Shown: positions 24,532 through 35,269, counted from the stretch's first letter. The stretch is 64,000 bases of DNA from Thermodesulfovibrionales bacterium (GCA_049302065.1 JBAQLU010000202.1:254-64253); one strand, 5' to 3'. Made by a program: numbers and translations. The notes: generated from the letters alone by a model not told the origin.

Positions 24532-25729
24532 TTCTTGGTTTAGAGAAAAGATACTTCTTGGAAAATCCAATAGAGATTTTATTATCAGTTGTGCTACACC
24601 GGGGAATTTCATTGCAGGTTTTATTCTGTTCTATGCGGTTATCGTAATGATTTATCGTCTTTTCTTTGGCCTTGGACCAGCGACAAATCTAACAGATAAC
24701 TATCCATGGGGTTTCTGGATCGGATTTGATATACTTGTCGGAATCGCGTTAGCAGCTCCGGGTTTAACCCTTGGAACAGCAGTACATCTCTTTGGGATGA
24801 AGCAATATCACCATTTTGTACGTCCGGCGATTCTCTCAAGCCTTCTCGGGTATATTTTTGCGGTATTTGCACTTCTGTTTGACCTTGGCCGTTATTATCG
24901 CATCCCTTACCTCTTAGTATGGTCGTGGGGATTTTCTTCAGTATTGTTCTTAATAGGTTGGCACTTTACGCTTTATATTAATATTTGTCTCATTGAGTGG
25001 AGTCCTGCTCTCTTTGAATGGTTGAATCTCAGGAAGCTCCGGGAATTTTTTCAAAAGATGGCGATATGGGCAACCATTTTCGGAGTCATTATAGCCGGTG
25101 GCCATCAGTCTGCACTTGGTGGTTTGTATCTTATTGCTCCTGCAAAACTCCATCCCCTCTGGTATTCAATGTTCTTGCCTGTATTTTTCCTCCTGTCCGC
25201 TGTATTCGCAGGAATTTCTATGGTGATTTTTGAGAGTACCATTACCCACAGAGTTTTCAAAAGTCAGCTTAAAAATTTCAATCAAGCTGAATTTGACAAA
25301 CGCACCATTGGCCTCGGTACGGCAGCAGCAGCAGGTTTGTTCATCTATTTTATTCTAAAAATATTTGATATTGCTCATTATGGCAACTGGGCATATCTGA
25401 ATACTTTCTATGGATTCTGGTATTTGGTTGAGGTAATTGGGTTTGTTCTCCTGCCGGCTATGCTCTTTACATCGGGAGTAAGAAACCGGAATGCAAAGCT
25501 TATACGTCTTACAGGATTTTTGACCGTATGTGGTGTTATATTAAACCGATTGAATATATCTATCTTTGCATATAATTGGCAATTCCCCGCCTCAATGAAG
25601 TATTACCCAAAATGGATGGAGATTATGCTGTCAATCGGCGTGGTTACTATGGTAGTTATTGCCTATCGGTTTATTGTAAAACGGATGGCTATCATGCACG
25701 ATCACCCTGATTATGAATCAGGGCACTAA
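24515..25729 (+). CDS. NrfD/PsrC/HmcC/DsrP-like polytopic quinone-interacting membrane subunit
   Basis: Highly hydrophobic multi-helix protein. The in-frame ATG at 24515 with a GGGAGAAGG SD gives a 17-nt overlap with the upstream gene. The track start at 24425 is rejected. Confidence 0.8.
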   Translation: MAKNTNSWFREKILLGKSNRDFIISCATPGNFIAGFILFYAVIVMIYRLFFGLGPATNLTDNYPWGFWIGFDILVGIALAAPGLTLGTAVHLFGMKQYHHFVRPAILSSLLGYIFAVFALLFDLGRYYRIPYLLVWSWGFSSVLFLIGWHFTLYINICLIEWSPALFEWLNLRKLREFFQKMAIWATIFGVIIAGGHQSALGGLYLIAPAKLHPLWYSMFLPVFFLLSAVFAGISMVIFESTITHRVFKSQLKNFNQAEFDKRTIGLGTAAAAGLFIYFILKIFDIAHYGNWAYLNTFYGFWYLVEVIGFVLLPAMLFTSGVRNRNAKLIRLTGFLTVCGVILNRLNISIFAYNWQFPASMKYYPKWMEIMLSIGVVTMVVIAYRFIVKRMAIMHDHPDYESGH

Positions 25730-25833
25730 GTTGCTTAGATATTCTTTCTAATCATACCGTTACGAACGATAGAAAGAACTTACTGATAAGTTTATAACTA
25801 AGGATAGGTTGAATGTATTCCCTCAAGATAAAG

Positions 25834-25864
25834 CTATGCAAAAGGTCATTTACCTTCTGCATAG
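25834..25864. terminator. Hairpin between convergent genes (possible bidirectional terminator)
   Basis: CTATGCA-A-AAGGT-cattt-ACCTT-C-TGCATAG. T-rich only on the minus-strand side. Confidence 0.35.
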
Positions 25865-25886
25865 CTCCACACACTCCGGATAAACA

Positions 25887-26255
25887 TTATTTGAGAGAAA
25901 TACTTTTTGCGAGATTCACTTCGCCTTTCTTAGTGTAAACGACAACAACTTTGCCGCCGGCTTTGATATCCTGAAGGCTCTTTTTTTCGTTACCCTTCGC
26001 TATCTTTGTTTCCTTGTCTGTAACTGCAATAACCTCTATTGTCTTATCCTTAAATTTCTTTGTTACTGTAATAGTACCGGCGCCTTCATTTAGTGATTTT
26101 ACCACCCCGGTAATCTGAAATGTTTTAGATGCTTGCTGAAGCTTAAAATCTTGTGACTGCGCCTTTTGATTTTCAGACGCATAAGAAACTGTTGCGATAC
26201 AAAATACAAAAGAAAGAGCCAACAGAACACGTATGCATTTTTTCATGGAAATCAC
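25887..26255 (-). CDS. Small periplasmic hypothetical protein
   Basis: Signal peptide MKKCIRVLLALSFVFCIATVSYA. Lys-rich, beta-strand-like body. GGAGG SD. Confidence 0.6.
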   Translation of the reverse strand: MISMKKCIRVLLALSFVFCIATVSYASENQKAQSQDFKLQQASKTFQITGVVKSLNEGAGTITVTKKFKDKTIEVIAVTDKETKIAKGNEKKSLQDIKAGGKVVVVYTKKGEVNLAKSISLK

Positions 26256-26570
26256 CTCCTTTCGTGTATATGGTAATTAATACATTATTAATCTGATCTT
26301 TATTATGTGTTACAATTATACAAAAAATAAGCATTTCTGGAAAGATTTTTCTTAACAAGATTGATATCTTATTATGGTTCTTCACGCAATTGAGTGGGTG
26401 AATTTCTATCTTCGGAATCTTTCCTGCTTTTGAAGAAAGATTTCCAACACGCTTCGCTTGCGGAAATGACATGCACAATTAGTTATGACGACGTTATGTT
26501 TAAATGCTACATCTTAAATATAATTTTATGGTAAAATCTATGTAATTTTTTAAAGGAGTAATAAAGGCTT

Positions 26571-28301
26571 ATGAAAATGACAGGGGCTGAGATATTCATT
26601 GAAAGTCTGAAGAGAGAAGGGGTAAAGCATATTTTCGGGTATCCCGGTGGCGTGATTTTGAATATCTTTGACCTGCTTTATGATGACAAAGATATACAGT
26701 TAATTCTTACCAGACACGAACAGGGCGCAGTGCATGCAGCTGATGGTTATGCCCGCTCTACAGGGAAAGCGGGTGTCGTGCTGGTGACTTCAGGTCCGGG
26801 TGCTACCAATACGATTACCGGACTTGCTACAGCATCTATGGATTCAATACCGCTCGTTGTTTTTTCAGGGCAGGTTCCGACTATGCTCATCGGGAATGAT
26901 GCTTTCCAGGAAGCTGATATTGTGGGCATTTCCAGACCCTGTACAAAATATAATTTTCTTGCAAAAGATGTAAAAGACATTTCAAAGATTGTCAGAGAAT
27001 CTTTTCATATCGCTACAACAGGACGTCCGGGGCCGGTGCTTATTGATCTTCCCAAGGATGTAACATCAGCCAAGGCAGAGTTCACCTGGCCGGAAATCAA
27101 GATCAGGAGCTATAATCCAACACTTGAAGGCAACAAGTGGATGATCAACCAGGCAGCACAGTTAATAGCCAAGTCAAAGAGGGCTCTCATTGTTGCAGGT
27201 GGCGGTGTCATACTATCGGGAGCACACAGGGAGCTAAAGGAACTTGCTGAAATAGCGAACATACCTGTTACCATGACTCTCATGGGACTGGGAGGATTCC
27301 CCGGCACCCATTCACTTTCCCTCGGTATGCCGGGAATGCATGGGACATATTATGCGAATAAATCCATTCAGGAGTCTGATTTATTAATCGCTATAGGAAT
27401 GCGCTTTGATGACAGAGTGACCGGCAAACTCGATGCCTTTGCGCCAAATGCAAAAATTGTCCATATTGATATTGATCCGACTTCAATAAGGAAAAACGTA
27501 CGTGTTGATGTCCCTATCGTCGGTGATGTGAAAAAGGTGCTGACAGTTTTAAACAGGATAATGAAGGAAGATATCAAAGAGCAGTGGGAAGAAGTCCGAA
27601 AGGCCTGGCTGAAGCAGATAGAGGCCTGGAAACAGGAAAGGCCCATGAGCTATACATACGACGAAGAAGTAATAAAGCCTCAGTTTGTGGTCGAAAAGAT
27701 TTTTGAGCTTACCAAAGGAGATGCAATAATTTCTACCGAAGTCGGTCAGAACCAGATGTGGGCAGCCCAGTTCTATAAATTCGATAAACCCAGAATGTGG
27801 CTGACATCGGGGGGACTGGGCACCATGGGATATGGTTTCCCTGCTGCAATCGGCGCTCAGATTGCTCATCCGAACAAGCTGGTTATTGATATCGCTGGTG
27901 ATGGCAGCATACAGATGAATATTCAGGAACTTGCAACCGCGGTCATTAACAAGCTGCCGGTAAAGGTTGCAATACTCAATAACCGTTATCTCGGGATGGT
28001 ACGTCAGTGGCAGGAACTCTTCTTCGGGGAGCGATATTCACACACACATCTTGAAGTAGTCCCGGATTTTGTGAAACTGGCTGAAGCATATGGTGCAATA
28101 GGTCTCAGGGCTACGAAACCGAGTGAGGTTGAACCTGTCCTGAAAGAGGCTTTTAAGATAAAGAAGACGGTATTTATGGATTTTGTTGTTTACTGGAAGG
28201 AGAAAGTTTACCCCATGGTGCCTGCGGGCGCGCCGATCGATCAGATGCTCTTTGAGGAGAAGAAAGAGAAGGAAGAAAAGAAACTAAAGGCGGTGAAGTA
28301 G
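26571..28301 (+). CDS. ilvB: Acetolactate synthase (biosynthetic), large subunit
   Basis: 576 aa ThDP enzyme. Blocks [13 protein letters not shown], and [16 protein letters not shown]...NN for ThDP-Mg binding. Followed directly by the small subunit. Confidence 0.92.
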   Translation: MKMTGAEIFIESLKREGVKHIFGYPGGVILNIFDLLYDDKDIQLILTRHEQGAVHAADGYARSTGKAGVVLVTSGPGATNTITGLATASMDSIPLVVFSGQVPTMLIGNDAFQEADIVGISRPCTKYNFLAKDVKDISKIVRESFHIATTGRPGPVLIDLPKDVTSAKAEFTWPEIKIRSYNPTLEGNKWMINQAAQLIAKSKRALIVAGGGVILSGAHRELKELAEIANIPVTMTLMGLGGFPGTHSLSLGMPGMHGTYYANKSIQESDLLIAIGMRFDDRVTGKLDAFAPNAKIVHIDIDPTSIRKNVRVDVPIVGDVKKVLTVLNRIMKEDIKEQWEEVRKAWLKQIEAWKQERPMSYTYDEEVIKPQFVVEKIFELTKGDAIISTEVGQNQMWAAQFYKFDKPRMWLTSGGLGTMGYGFPAAIGAQIAHPNKLVIDIAGDGSIQMNIQELATAVINKLPVKVAILNNRYLGMVRQWQELFFGERYSHTHLEVVPDFVKLAEAYGAIGLRATKPSEVEPVLKEAFKIKKTVFMDFVVYWKEKVYPMVPAGAPIDQMLFEEKKEKEEKKLKAVK

Positions 28302-28790
28302 ATGCGGCATACAATATCACTTCTTGTAGAAAATAAATTTGGTGTCCTTTCCAGGATTTCCGGGCTTTTCAGCGGCAGAGGATATAACATAGAAAGTCTT
28401 TCAGTTGGTGAGACCATTGATCCTCTGATATCAAACATGACAATCGTTACAAGCGGCGATGACCAGATAATAGAACAGATAACAAAGCAGCTCAATAAGC
28501 TTATTGATGTCATAAAGGTTGTTGATATAACCGAACTTGACCATGTCGAAAGAGAGATGGTCCTGATTAAAGTTGCACCGAGGCAGCAGGATAAGGCAGA
28601 GGTTCTCAGGATTGCCGACATATTCAGGGGCAGGGTTGTAGATTCAAGCCAGAAAACATATACCATTGAGATCACCGGCGATGAAAAGAAGATAGAGGCT
28701 ATCATTGAGCTATTCAAACCAATGGGGATCAAGGAATTCGTTAGAACGGGAAAGATCGCCATTGCGCGCGAGGGTATTAAGAAAGTCTGA
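28302..28790 (+). CDS. ilvN: Acetolactate synthase small (regulatory, ACT-domain) subunit
   Basis: [33 protein letters not shown] is the family signature. The start abuts the ilvB stop. Confidence 0.92.
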   Translation: MRHTISLLVENKFGVLSRISGLFSGRGYNIESLSVGETIDPLISNMTIVTSGDDQIIEQITKQLNKLIDVIKVVDITELDHVEREMVLIKVAPRQQDKAEVLRIADIFRGRVVDSSQKTYTIEITGDEKKIEAIIELFKPMGIKEFVRTGKIAIAREGIKKV

Positions 28791-29012
28791 TCCCCATCAG
28801 AAAATCCTGTAAACCTTAAATCCGTAAGCTCACGGTATAAATAATTTCGTATAGAAAGACTCAGCACACTTCTCAGTCGACTGGCGCGATGTTCTCAAAG
28901 AAACAAACACTCCAGGGCATCCTGATAATACTGCGGAGTACGACTCGGAATGGTCAAGTAAGCCCATAAAAGAAAGCCGCCCCCCTATCGACTAAACATT
29001 CCTCAACGTCAG

Positions 29013-29696
29013 TTATATCGCTTGTTCCAGCAGTTGACCATGCTCCTTTAACCAGGCCTTTGCCTTATCCATGGTCGAAGTTCGTGCGCGGACGATGTTC
29101 CAGAACCTGGGCGTGTGGTTGGCCTCCATGAGGTGGGCGAGTTCATGGACGATGACGTAGTCGATGACAAACATCGGCGCTTTAATCAGGCGCCAGTTAA
29201 AATTGACGTTGTCATTCAGGGTGCAGGAACCCCAACGGTAACGGTTGTCCACGATCTTGACCCCGGCAATATCAACGCCGAGGTCGCGGGCGTGAAGCTT
29301 CACTCGTGGGACAAGCTTTTCTTTGGCCTTGCCGATATACCATTCCAACAAGGCCTCTGTCCGCTTCTCCCCACGTGCAGCCGGAATAAGGAACCGCTGG
29401 CTGAACTGAACCCCGGCCAGCCCCGTTTTGACTACCTCGATCCGGTATTGACGGCCCAGATAGAGCGCAGATTCGCCGCTGACCAGTTCCTTCCCAGGGG
29501 CATGGGGCAGGTCCTGATATTTCTGCGAATGACCGATTTTTTCGTAAATCCATTGGCGCTTTGATTCCACCACCTGTTGGATTGTTTCGTCGGATATTCC
29601 TTCCGGAGCATGTACCGCTACCCTACGATCTCGCTCGACGGTGATGGTCAGTTTGCGTCGCTTGACAGATTTTTGGATGGTGTATACCAATTTCAT
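29013..29696 (-). CDS. DUF45/YgjP-type zinc metallopeptidase (M48-like)
   Basis: HELAHLMEANH (HExxH) near the C-terminus. Immediately downstream of hsdR, a common association. Confidence 0.8.
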   Translation of the reverse strand: MKLVYTIQKSVKRRKLTITVERDRRVAVHAPEGISDETIQQVVESKRQWIYEKIGHSQKYQDLPHAPGKELVSGESALYLGRQYRIEVVKTGLAGVQFSQRFLIPAARGEKRTEALLEWYIGKAKEKLVPRVKLHARDLGVDIAGVKIVDNRYRWGSCTLNDNVNFNWRLIKAPMFVIDYVIVHELAHLMEANHTPRFWNIVRARTSTMDKAKAWLKEHGQLLEQAI

Positions 29697-29700
29697 TCAA

Positions 29701-32700
29701 CTATTCCGCGTAGAGAATGATATCGTTTTTCTTCTCTGCGATTTCCATGAGCCGGCTGATGATATGTGCACGGTTCTTCACGATACGGGGGAGCTTTGCA
29801 AACTCCGGCGCAAGCAATATCTTTTGAAGCTCCGCCCTTAATTTACTGCGCGCAGGAATGCTCTCCCAGAAACCGGTGAGTTTCAACTCTCGCTCTACAG
29901 CCAGAAAAGCCTTCTGCGTCAGGTCAACCAAATGGCTGATCCTGTCCTCCCGGCTTATACCATAGGGCGGTGTCGCCTCAGCAACCTTCAACAGATCAAA
30001 GACATTTCCTGCAGTTCCTTCACCAAATATCTCCCGCTCAAACATACGGAAGAACGGCATTTGCTTCTTCCGGTGAAGCCCATAAGTCGGCTCCTTTCCG
30101 GCGTTGATGATCCGTGCCCTGAGCTTTTCGAGCTCTTCGTAAATCTTTTTCCAGTTGTTGCGGAACTCCTCAAAGATCTTCGCCAATGCCTCGGCAAAAG
30201 AGGCCTGCAAATCCGGGTCGTCGTCCAATTCTATGTCGAGGTGGTGGCGAATGGCGTGTTCAACCTCCGCAGCCTTGGTCTTGGTGCGGTTTCGTTTGCC
30301 CACCTGCTTCTCAAAGTCTTGATCAAGGATCGAGATCGGTTCGATCTTCACGTCGATCCCTTTTGACTCAAGCCAGGCGTCAGTAATACTACGCAGCTTG
30401 GGCGGGATGCCTTTCATGCTCAGCCGCTCGTCCCGAAAGTGCTTCCCGGCCAGCACATTGATCTCGTTAAGTGCATTGTAGTCACGCATGTACTCCAGAG
30501 CCTGCCTGGCAGGGAAAACCAGATTCAGGCACTTGGTCAGCTTCTTGAACGCCAGCATGAAGTCGAACCGCAGGTCTTCGTCATAAAACAGGTCGAAAAA
30601 CGCATCATGATCGGTCAGGTCTGTCAGGCCGTGCTTTTTGAGCAGGTCCATGATCGCCGCATGGCTCGCCTTGAGTTCGCGCAGTTCTTCCTCGGGAAAA
30701 CTGAGGGCATCGAGCACTTCCTTCTGTTCCCGCTCGTCGTAGTTGTCGATCGCCTTTTTGAGGTGGTGCCCGACACCGACATAATCGACCACAAAGCCCT
30801 TGTCCTTGGCTTCACCTGCCACGCGGTTCACACGGGCAATGGCCTGAAGGAGGCTGTGCGCAACGATCACCTTATCGAGATACATCACCTGTTCCACCGG
30901 CGCATCGAAGCCTGTCAGGAGCATGTTATTGACGATCACAATACCCATATCGCCCGTAACCCCTTCATCTTCATTACCAAAGGCCATCTTAAAGCTCTTG
31001 ATGCTGGTCTCGTGCTTTGACCTGTCCGAAAAGGCCTTGAGGTGCGGCAGGTCATTGTGGCTGCCAGAGATGATAACGTCTGTTTTCAGCCTTTTGAGTT
31101 GGTCAAGATCGAGCTTCTGCGGGTTGGCCTTTTCCAGATCAACAAAGGTATCCGCCAAGGCGGCATCGATATATGTTTTATATCGCACCGCAGCCTCTCG
31201 TGAGGTGGCAACTACCTGTGCCTTATATCCGTTGGGGAAGACATGCGTCAGGTAGTGGTCCACCATGTCTTTGGCCTTGGCCTCGATGGTAGTCTTGGAT
31301 TCCAGATAGGCATCGCGGGAGCCGTAACCAAGGATCTCCATACGCTGCTTCAGGTTATAGTCGCTGAACACATCCTCAAACGCCGCGTCCATCCCTTGCC
31401 GGTCCTTGACCTCGGCCTTATGCGTCCGGCCTTCATAAACGATCTCCAGGGTCACTCCGTCTTCGATAGACTGGCGCATGGTGTACTTGTCTATGTAGTC
31501 GCCGAAGACCCGTTCGGTCTTGTCAATGGGAGTGCCGGTGTAGCCTATCCGGGCAGCATTGGGCAGGCCTTTGTCAAAGTTTGCGCCAAGCTGCGCGTAT
31601 TGGGAACGGTGCGCCTCGTCGGTCATCACCAGAATGTTAGGGCTGGTGTTCAGCTCTGGGAAGACCTCGGTCAAGTCGGCTTCGCGGAACTTGTGGATCA
31701 TAGCCATGACCAGATCAGAGGAGTCTGAACGCAGGAGTTCCTTCAACTTTTTAATGCTGTCAGCTACTTTCACGGTAAAGCCGATGCTCTGGCTGGTCTC
31801 GGAGAGCTGGCCTTCCAGTTGGGTCCGGTCAGTAACAAAGACCACCTTCCAATGCGATAGATGGGCGTGGCGATACATCTCGCGCACCATAAACATCATG
31901 GTCAGCGATTTGCCCGATCCCTGAGTATGCCAGATGACGCCACTCCTCTCGCGCGGGCTCTTTCCTTCCAACAGTCGCTTGACCGCCAGTTTGACGGCGC
32001 GGAATTGCTGGTAGCGACCCACGATCTTGATGGTCTCGCCCTTATCGTTCGTTCCGAAGAGGGTAAAGGTTCGAATGAGGTCAAGCAGGTTGTCGCGGTC
32101 CAGCATCCCTGCAACCAGTCGCTGCTGATCATTCGGTCCGCTCGTGCCGTGATACAGGTCGTCAACGGTTCGGGGATAAGGGTCAGCCCAGCGATAGAAG
32201 TATTTCTCGCTGTGGGTTGTGATGGTGCCGAACTTTGCTTCCTGGCGGCAGGTGGCGATAACGATCTGGTTGTAATAAAACAGCGGTGCGCTGCCTTCGC
32301 CTTTTGCACCGCGCTGTTCGCTATATCGAAGCATCTGGTCAATGGCTTCAGGAATGGCGTCTTTCACCTTGGGTGATTTGCACTCGATTACAACCACAGG
32401 CAGGCCGTTCAGAAACAGCACGATGTCTGGGACGATGTGGTATTCAGTGCCAAGGATGCGCACCTTGAATTGGCAGACAGCAATAAAGCGGTTGTTGTAC
32501 CGATGTGTGAAGTCCACAAAACGAACTGTCGGACTTTTCTCGCCGGTCTGGCGGTTTTCGCTGACACTGGTGTTTTCGAGCAAGAGGGTGAAGACGTGGC
32601 GGTTGTTCTGGATCAGGCCAGTGCCAGGGAAACTGGCAGTGAGTTGCTTGACAACCTCTTCCACCTGATCGTCTTCCAACCAGTCATTGATGACTTTGAT

Positions 32701-32892
32701 TTGCTCACGCAAGACCGACAGCATCACCACTTCGGTAAAGCTCTGGCGAAAGCTGTCACTCGGGTGCTGTTTGCTGTCGAGGTCGAGGATTTCCCAGCCC
32801 AAGCCCGCAAGCTGGTCGAGTAAGGGTTTCTCGACGTGCTTGCGCTCGTCTATTCTCAAGTACGAAGTTTGAGGGGTAAAGTTTGAAGTCAC
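29701..32892 (-). CDS. hsdR: Type I restriction enzyme R subunit
   Basis: 1063 aa. N-terminal PD-(D/E)xK region VPDIVLFLNGLPVVVIECK, SF2 motifs HTQGSGKS and MTDEAHRSQ, and a helical C-terminus. GTG start overlaps the upstream stop (GTGA). Confidence 0.92.
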   Translation of the reverse strand: MTSNFTPQTSYLRIDERKHVEKPLLDQLAGLGWEILDLDSKQHPSDSFRQSFTEVVMLSVLREQIKVINDWLEDDQVEEVVKQLTASFPGTGLIQNNRHVFTLLLENTSVSENRQTGEKSPTVRFVDFTHRYNNRFIAVCQFKVRILGTEYHIVPDIVLFLNGLPVVVIECKSPKVKDAIPEAIDQMLRYSEQRGAKGEGSAPLFYYNQIVIATCRQEAKFGTITTHSEKYFYRWADPYPRTVDDLYHGTSGPNDQQRLVAGMLDRDNLLDLIRTFTLFGTNDKGETIKIVGRYQQFRAVKLAVKRLLEGKSPRERSGVIWHTQGSGKSLTMMFMVREMYRHAHLSHWKVVFVTDRTQLEGQLSETSQSIGFTVKVADSIKKLKELLRSDSSDLVMAMIHKFREADLTEVFPELNTSPNILVMTDEAHRSQYAQLGANFDKGLPNAARIGYTGTPIDKTERVFGDYIDKYTMRQSIEDGVTLEIVYEGRTHKAEVKDRQGMDAAFEDVFSDYNLKQRMEILGYGSRDAYLESKTTIEAKAKDMVDHYLTHVFPNGYKAQVVATSREAAVRYKTYIDAALADTFVDLEKANPQKLDLDQLKRLKTDVIISGSHNDLPHLKAFSDRSKHETSIKSFKMAFGNEDEGVTGDMGIVIVNNMLLTGFDAPVEQVMYLDKVIVAHSLLQAIARVNRVAGEAKDKGFVVDYVGVGHHLKKAIDNYDEREQKEVLDALSFPEEELRELKASHAAIMDLLKKHGLTDLTDHDAFFDLFYDEDLRFDFMLAFKKLTKCLNLVFPARQALEYMRDYNALNEINVLAGKHFRDERLSMKGIPPKLRSITDAWLESKGIDVKIEPISILDQDFEKQVGKRNRTKTKAAEVEHAIRHHLDIELDDDPDLQASFAEALAKIFEEFRNNWKKIYEELEKLRARIINAGKEPTYGLHRKKQMPFFRMFEREIFGEGTAGNVFDLLKVAEATPPYGISREDRISHLVDLTQKAFLAVERELKLTGFWESIPARSKLRAELQKILLAPEFAKLPRIVKNRAHIISRLMEIAEKKNDIILYAE

Positions 32893-33743
32893 GTTTTTTT
32901 CCTGGATAGTGGCAATGCCTTTTTTGATCCCGGCGGCAGGAAGCTCTCTCCGGTAACAATCTTTTTACCTGTTTTTGCTTCCAGTTCACGCCTTGCCTTT
33001 TTGGCAATGCCGCCGCCTTTTTTACCGGCAACCTTGTTTTCTTTCATTCCGGCGGCTTTCATGGTCTCCGCTATTTGCCGCGTGGAAAGTTCGGCAAGAG
33101 CGGTAAAGATCAGTTCGGCCTCGGTCATATGATCTCTGAGGTTTTGCGTTTTCAGCCCTTTCATTTCCTTATGCTTTTTTACGGAGACATCAGCCCATTC
33201 CTGATGAATAATATTGATCAATATAGCGTATTCCTCTTCTTCTTTAATCTCATGATCTTTCCAATAATCCGTCAGTTTGTTGCGGGTCTCCTGCCCCATC
33301 ATCCGCTGCTGAATCCATTTTTCGCTTCTTCCATGCTGTTGCCAGTATTCCCGCGCCCTGTCTAAAGAACGCGCCGGGTCCGCCATGTCCTGCATACGTT
33401 CATAGCCGACTTTAGCCAGCCATAGTTTGATCGGCTCCGCCTTGGGGCTGGGAACGGACTGGATAAGACGCAAAAGCGTTTCAGGATCAGCGACATCGGT
33501 AAGGTATTTTTTACCGTCGGCCGCTTCCATTTTCAGTCGGTGACAATTTGTCACCGACTGACTTCCTTCCTTTTTCAGCCGTTCCTTCAGTTTGTTCCAG
33601 TATTTCCGCGCAGTCTGGTAATCAGGCTGCTGGATTAACACCTGAATAATATCCACTACAGAGAAATACCATGTTTCAGATTTCTCATCATAAACTCTCC
33701 GTATTTTATAATCTTCAAATACAGCCAGCGAGTTTTCTTTCAT
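32889..33743 (-). CDS. Bro-N domain protein (antirepressor-like)
   Basis: LAVFEDYKIRRVYDEKSETWYFSVVDIIQVL matches the Bro-N pattern. Long helical C-terminal part. Translationally coupled to hsdR. Confidence 0.65.
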   Translation of the reverse strand: MKENSLAVFEDYKIRRVYDEKSETWYFSVVDIIQVLIQQPDYQTARKYWNKLKERLKKEGSQSVTNCHRLKMEAADGKKYLTDVADPETLLRLIQSVPSPKAEPIKLWLAKVGYERMQDMADPARSLDRAREYWQQHGRSEKWIQQRMMGQETRNKLTDYWKDHEIKEEEEYAILINIIHQEWADVSVKKHKEMKGLKTQNLRDHMTEAELIFTALAELSTRQIAETMKAAGMKENKVAGKKGGGIAKKARRELEAKTGKKIVTGESFLPPGSKKALPLSRKKT

Positions 33744-33769
33744 CTTCCGCTCCCTTTATCCCTTTTCTA

Positions 33770-33952
33770 TCAGGGTTTGATATAGGCATTCAGGCCGATG
33801 ATGACAGGTTTGTCGTTTACTTTGGCGGTGGTAACAGCATTTCCCCTCGTGCTCGCAACCACAAGTGTTTTGCCGGATGCCGACGGAGTGGGCGTTTCCA
33901 GGTCAATTTCGATATAAAGCTTGTTGTCCTTGATTTCAACTTTCATTGCCAT
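33770..33952 (-). CDS. 60-aa hypothetical protein
   Basis: AAGGAGA SD 7 nt before the ATG at 33952. MAMKVEIKDNKLYIEIDLETPTPSASGKTLVVAST... The track ORF upstream extension is read-through from the hsdR fragment. Confidence 0.5.
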   Translation of the reverse strand: MAMKVEIKDNKLYIEIDLETPTPSASGKTLVVASTRGNAVTTAKVNDKPVIIGLNAYIKP

Positions 33953-34016
33953 TGGTATATCTCCTTTTCTTGATTGATTTTGATTCCATTGCTTTGCTGC
34001 GTGCCTCAATGAAGCC

Positions 34017-34127
34017 GTCGAGGTCGAGAATCTCCCAGCCCAGCCCGGCAAGCTGGTCGAGCAAGGGTTCCTCGACGTGGTTGCGTTCGTCGAGTTTGAT
34101 GTGCTGATGTGTTTTGTCCAGGGTCAT
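34017..34127 (-). pseudogene. Remnant of an hsdR 5' end (first ~37 codons)
   Basis: MTLDKTHQHIKLDERNHVEEPLLDQLAGLGWEILDLD compares with hsdR ...YLRIDERKHVEKPLLDQLAGLGWEILDLD. The nucleotide sequences of 34017-34090 and 32775-32850 are visibly near-identical. Confidence 0.75.
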
Positions 34128-34159
34128 ATATTTGCCTATTTTAATAACCTACAGACCGC

Positions 34160-35269
34160 TTATCGTAAAGTTCTCGTCTCGATCTCTCGAACGAGGCTTT
34201 CGATGTCCTGCCCAGCAAAGGTATTATTTCTTCGCCAGCCAGATCTGATTTGTTTCTCAACATAAAGTTCCCTGTCCCTAGCACTTGCGCAGATGCGGTA
34301 GCTGGTTTTAGCAATTAATGTTGGGAACCCGTCCACAACCTGCCAGTCATGGATAGACGGAGCCAGTCTTCCGAGATGCGCGAGAAAAGCAGCTGTGGAC
34401 TCAAAGCGCTGTCGTGGTAACCTGTTACATGCTTTTGTAACCGTGCGACGTAATGGACCGCAAACCCACGGTGGTAGCGTCCCGCTATCAATGACACGGC
34501 CTCGCTCAATCTTAGCTGAGATGGTTTGAGTAGCGTAGATTGATCTATCAACATCTCCTTGAATTGCAAAATACTTCTTCTTTTCCCTCTTATTGAGCCA
34601 GGCGTTCTCGTCATATGGTAAGTAGCCTCCCAGAAGTTGAAACAGTAGTACCCCAACCTGGTAGAGATCGCCTGCGACACCGTACTGATTGCTGCTGATC
34701 GATTCCGGTGGTCGATATATTAGCGAGTGGCCAGACCCTGGAACTGTTTCCATTCCATGTGGTATTGCTTTGACCGATCCGAAATCGCCAATAAGTGCCC
34801 GTCCTCTTTGATCGATCAGGATGTTCTGTGGTTTCAAGTCCCGATGAAGAAGTCTATGGGAGTGTAAATCAACAAGCCCGGCCAAAACTTCCTGTGTGAG
34901 TTTCACTGCATGCTTGTTGCCAGAGACACCTCCCGTGCCAATGAGATCTTCCATGTCGCCGTTCGGATAAAACGGAGTAACGAAATAGGCGTACTCATGG
35001 TCGACGTATGCAGCATCGAGAATCTGAACCACGTGATCGGACCGAATGGCTGCCAAGTTACGTGGTTCTGCGTGGTACTGAGGGTCGTTTCCCCAGTAGT
35101 AAAATTTGACTGCGACTCTGCGATTATGGACCCGATTCTTGCCGAAGAACGTGTATCCGTTCGCTCCCTTGTCGCAGACCTTGTCAATGTCAATGCTTGC
35201 GGACAGGTCACCGAGCTTCAGTTTGATACTCTCCGGAATAGCGAGAAGATTTACATTAATTTTGCTCAT
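34160..35269 (-). CDS. Hanks-type Ser/Thr protein kinase with a unique C-terminal domain
   Basis: VAVKFY (catalytic Lys), HRDLKPQNILI, GDFGS and YRPPE. About 100 aa of C-terminal sequence with no recognised family. Confidence 0.85.
   Translation of the reverse strand: MSKINVNLLAIPESIKLKLGDLSASIDIDKVCDKGANGYTFFGKNRVHNRRVAVKFYYWGNDPQYHAEPRNLAAIRSDHVVQILDAAYVDHEYAYFVTPFYPNGDMEDLIGTGGVSGNKHAVKLTQEVLAGLVDLHSHRLLHRDLKPQNILIDQRGRALIGDFGSVKAIPHGMETVPGSGHSLIYRPPESISSNQYGVAGDLYQVGVLLFQLLGGYLPYDENAWLNKREKKKYFAIQGDVDRSIYATQTISAKIERGRVIDSGTLPPWVCGPLRRTVTKACNRLPRQRFESTAAFLAHLGRLAPSIHDWQVVDGFPTLIAKTSYRICASARDRELYVEKQIRSGWRRNNTFAGQDIESLVREIETRTLR

Noticed and set aside
28241-28867. 208-aa minus-strand ORF
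   Set aside because: Antisense to ilvN. Ser/Ile-rich low-complexity translation.
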